From the NCBI GenBank assembly GCA_965223325.1, contig CBDCWI010000002.1, positions 1,312,001-1,376,000 of the forward strand: a DNA stretch of 64,000 nucleotides, given 5' to 3'. Each line of letters opens with the position of its first letter. Position 1 is the first letter of the stretch. Source of the stretch: Candidatus Multivoradales bacterium. Lineage in GTDB: Bacteria; Acidobacteriota; Thermoanaerobaculia; Multivoradales; Multivoraceae. Position numbers and translations under genes: made by a program. The notes under the pieces were generated by a model. That model was not told where the DNA came from, searched no databases, and saw only the letters and a list, made by a program, of their open reading frames with translations. Positions 60,814 through 64,000 of the stretch are shown piece by piece.

Positions 60814-61343
60814 ACGAAGATCGTCGAAACCAAGCGAGGCAGCGAGGAGGCAACGTCACCGCGTCAACCGGCACGGAGGCCGCCGGCCGCGCTGAGCGCT
60901 GTCGCTACTTCGAGGATTTCACCCTCGGCGAACGCTACGAACTACCGTCGAGGACGATCACCAGTGCTCACTTCGCCGCCTTCCAGGCCCTCAGCGGTGA
61001 CAACCACCCGATTCACTACGACGTCGAGTACTGCAGGAAGAAGGGCCATCCCGAAATGCTGGCGCATGGCTACCAGGTCGTCGCGCTGACGGCGGCTGGG
61101 GCCGGTCAGTTTCCCCATCAGGTCGGAAGCGCCCTGATTGCCTTCATCGATCAGTCAAGTCGCTTCCTCAACCCCCTCTACGCTGGCGACACGGCCTACC
61201 CCACCCTCACCGTCAGCGCCCTCGAACCCCAGCGCACGACCGGCCTCGTCACCTTGACCTCCCACATCACCAACCAACACGGCACCCCCATCCTAAGAGG
61301 CCACCAAACCTACCTCCTCCACCGCCAAACCCCAGCCACCTGA
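60810..61343 (+). CDS. MaoC-family dehydratase
   Basis: GTG overlapping the upstream stop; RYFEDF, SRTIT, SGDNHPIHYD, LAHG, RFLNPLYAGDT. Confidence 0.88.
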   Translation: MNEDRRNQARQRGGNVTASTGTEAAGRAERCRYFEDFTLGERYELPSRTITSAHFAAFQALSGDNHPIHYDVEYCRKKGHPEMLAHGYQVVALTAAGAGQFPHQVGSALIAFIDQSSRFLNPLYAGDTAYPTLTVSALEPQRTTGLVTLTSHITNQHGTPILRGHQTYLLHRQTPAT

Positions 61344-61562
61344 ATAGCCACCGGCGCATATTCGGTAGGGAAACACCCTTTGGTGCCGCGATCCGGCATC
61401 CGACGCTTCCGTGATGCCGCCGAACCCCTCGCTACCTGCCGTTGCCTCCATCCCTGGGCACAGCTTCGCCGTGGAGCACTCTCGGGAACCCTCGAGTCGG
61501 CACAGATTGTCTCGTCCGCAGACGGCTCGAGCCGCCAGCAGCGTTTCCTGGTTCTTCGCCGC

Positions 61563-62495
61563 CTAGCTCACGGGATGGGGCACGAACGGCAGACCTGGCG
61601 GAAAGCAGCCGGCAGGAAAGGCCACATCGGAAACGCCTCGTTTCAGCGCATTCGCCGCACGGCGGTACGCCCGCAGAAACGCATTGAAGACCGCGTTCAT
61701 CTCCTCTCGGACCTGCGAGCGGTAGGCGAAGGTGCGGCGAAGCGGTGTCTTCTCGAGCGGCTTCTTCGGCTTCTGCGTCGGCCGCTGACTGCGGATCGCG
61801 AGTTCTCCGAGCGGTTTCGTACCCTGGCTTCGATGACGCGCGATGGTCTGCGCGCGGATGTCATCGAGTTGGGCACAGACCCTGTCGCAGTAGGCCTGCT
61901 TGTCCATCTCGGCAAAGGCAGGCAGGGGCGTCAGAAAGACAGCCACGGTGGTTGTGAAGTCGCGCTCGCGCACCTTCTCGCCCTGCGCCTTGGCGCGCCT
62001 CATACCAGCCGTATCGACCCACTGTGTCTGCACGGTCAGGCTGCCGTCACGGAACGCAGCGGTGGCGCTTGCTCCCGGCCAGTCGTCGCGGGAGTAGACG
62101 AGGTTCTCCTTGGCACCCTGGGAGAGCAGGTAGATCTGGCGCGCCCACTGCGCTTCGGGTTCCGAGGAGATGTTGGTCTTGGAGTAGCGACGGGCCCAGA
62201 ACTTCTCGCTCCAACCATGGAGGCGGGCGAGTTTCCTCGCCAGGGTCGACTTCAGGTAGCACATGAATCCGGAGAGCTGCTGTTGATCGCTGGGGGTCAG
62301 AGCGATATGAAAGTGATTCGAGGCGAAGAAGTAGTCGTGGATCTCCATTCCGAAGCGCTCTTGCGCCCGGGCCATCGTGCTGTCGATGATGCGTTTGGCA
62401 GTCGGTGAGGGCCGCATGAGGAAACGGCCGTGGAGTGTTCGGCTGGCGACTTCGACGGTTGTGTTGCGGGGGAGGTGGCGTGGGGTTGTGCCCAT
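61563..62495 (-). mobile_element. HUH/Y1 tyrosine transposase (RAYT/IS200-like) with C-terminal extension and no tnpB
   Basis: SNHFH HUH motif, FWARRY, and IYLLSQG.KENLV...DWPGAS (equivalent of the RAYT Y..NP...GLV...W..SS region); SD GAGGAG. Confidence 0.85.
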
Positions 62496-62693
62496 GATGG
62501 GTCTCCTCTGGTTTCAGAGAGCTCCGCGACATGCGGCTCTCGTTACCGAGGACGCAAAACGATCGAAAAGTCTGACAAGGAGACCCGACTGACCCTTCGA
62601 CGAGACTCGTTTACATCGTCAGGCTCGTGGAACGGGTGGACGATCGGTTTTCTCGGTGGCTGGGGGTTCTGGCAGGCACGATAGGGTGGGGGT

Positions 62694-63374
62694 ATGCGGA
62701 GGCGGTTGTTTTGGGGGGTGGGGCTCGTGCTTCTGTGCCGGGTAGTCGTTGAAGTGGCTCGCTGGCCGGATGTCAAAGGGCTTTCCGCTCGCGTGCCGGA
62801 GAGCACCGCCTTCATCGACGCTTGGCAAGCGTCGGCCGAGGGGGCGCCTGGCTGGCAGCCCGTCTCCTACGCTCAGATCTCACCTGCACTCAAGCGGGCC
62901 GTTCTCGTGGCCGAGGACATTGACTTCTTCTCCCACCGTGGTTTTGCGATTGACGAGATGAAGGTTGCCATTCGTGAGTCCCTCTCCGAAGGCAAGACCC
63001 CGCGAGGCGCCTCGACGATCACCCAACAGCTAGCGAAGAACCTTTGGCTGTCACCCAGTCGCAGTCCCCTGCGAAAGCTCCGTGAAGCGGCCTTGACCAA
63101 GAGCCTCGAACACAGCCTCTCCAAGCACAGAATCCTGGAGCTTTATCTCAACGTCGTCGAGTTCGGACCCGGTGTCTTTGGCGCCGAAGCCGCCGCACGT
63201 CACTTTTTCGGCAAGTCTGCGGCCGACCTGACCGACGATGAAGCTGCCGCGCTGGCCGCTTCACTACCCCACTCCAGGTGGTCGCCCACCAGCGACTCAC
63301 CCGCGTACCGAGCACACCGCCAGCGCGTGCTCTCCCGCATGCAGACAGCCGAGTGGATCGGGAAGGTGATCTAG
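62694..63374 (+). CDS. mtgA: Monofunctional peptidoglycan transglycosylase (GT51)
   Basis: AEDIDFFSHRG, RGASTITQQLAKNL, RKLRE, KHRILELYLN. Confidence 0.92.
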   Translation: MRRRLFWGVGLVLLCRVVVEVARWPDVKGLSARVPESTAFIDAWQASAEGAPGWQPVSYAQISPALKRAVLVAEDIDFFSHRGFAIDEMKVAIRESLSEGKTPRGASTITQQLAKNLWLSPSRSPLRKLREAALTKSLEHSLSKHRILELYLNVVEFGPGVFGAEAAARHFFGKSAADLTDDEAAALAASLPHSRWSPTSDSPAYRAHRQRVLSRMQTAEWIGKVI

Positions 63375-63403
63375 CGGCCGACGATCTCCAAGCCAGCCGC
63401 CTG

Positions 63404-64000
63404 CTATGGCTGCCGAGTCAGGTTGTCGAGTTGAATCGCATCGAAGCCAACCGCGAACGCAGCCGACCAGTCGGACTCGAAGGCATCCATCACGATCGTC
63501 ACCCAGGCCTGGTGGTGTTCACCGCTACCAGCAACGATCTCCCCGAGGTCGAACAGAAACCAGCCCGCCAGCGCCTCAACGGTTAGATCCTCACCAATGA
63601 TCGCTCGGTTGGTCTCGAAGGGAAAGGGCGTTTCGAGCTCGGCGGGCGGAAGACCCGACGGACCACCGGTCACCATGGTCAGCGGATTCTCGGCCTCGTC
63701 GAACACCGTGATCGATGTCTGCTCCAGTCGAAAAGGAGCGGATCCGCACGCAACCGGCACCGACGGACCGTCCGAGTCTCGCCACACGATCACGCTGCCA
63801 CCTCCCTCGAAGTCGCCTCCGTTGAGGTACCGAACTGCGAAACGACTGCCAAGTGCCTCCCGATTGTCGGCGCCCGGCGCTCCGTCGGCCGCCGTGTAGC
63901 GACAGTAGAACGTCTGCGTGGACGCCCCGTCGCACGACGCCGGCGACGCCAGTTCAGGATGAGACGCCTCGATCGAAACCAGCGCGTTGCCGCGCGCCTG
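63404..64000 (-). CDS. C-terminal part of a hypothetical (probably secreted) protein; 5' end outside the window
   Basis: Open frame to the edge: GNALVSIEA...TFYCRY...ADNREAL...YLNGGDFEGG..VIVWRD...FDEAEN...GWFLFDL...QAWV...AVGFDAIQLDN. Confidence 0.8.
   Translation of the reverse strand, partial: QARGNALVSIEASHPELASPASCDGASTQTFYCRYTAADGAPGADNREALGSRFAVRYLNGGDFEGGGSVIVWRDSDGPSVPVACGSAPFRLEQTSITVFDEAENPLTMVTGGPSGLPPAELETPFPFETNRAIIGEDLTVEALAGWFLFDLGEIVAGSGEHHQAWVTIVMDAFESDWSAAFAVGFDAIQLDNLTRQP

Noticed and set aside
61380-62408. 342-aa plus-strand ORF opposite the transposase
   Set aside because: Antisense shadow ORF typical of high-GC DNA, with no motifs.
62540-62580. c-di-GMP-I riboswitch (GGACGCAAA)
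   Set aside because: The upstream GGCAAA..GAAA stem and the downstream P2/P3 elements are missing.

Overview
GC-rich bacterial chromosomal window, most likely Acidobacteriota (class Thermoanaerobaculia-like). This placement is inferred from an ADOP-type orphan permease, C-terminal F-x-D-x-F-E-x-G tails, and the secreted protein at the right edge. It holds about 46 mostly metabolic, signalling and envelope genes: a TPP enzyme, two PAS-GGDEF cyclases, two GSTs, ALDH, MaoC-CitE, a SWIM-SNF2 helicase, two tandem beta-helix proteins, an amidohydrolase, AOR-MoaD, a Gfo/Idh/MocA-DUF1080 cluster, DUF3604, an acyl-CoA dehydrogenase pair, YbbAP, Wzx-GT87-MaoC and MtgA. It also holds one tRNA-Thr(CGT) and a solitary HUH/Y1 (RAYT-like) transposase. 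No CRISPR array, rRNA or prophage is visible. The most unusual signal is non-coding: a dispersed intergenic repeat family made of a GAA-triloop leader motif and a long hairpin. The 14-17 nt stem core differs in every copy yet always pairs with its own partner arm, and the core substitutions are G-T wobbles on one strand. This looks like an undescribed REPIN-like element or structured RNA, possibly serviced by the RAYT-like enzyme. Two larger tandem repeats, a probable pseudogene scar after the tRNA and several apparently leaderless genes are also noted. All calls come from reading the sequence by eye; no database search was run.
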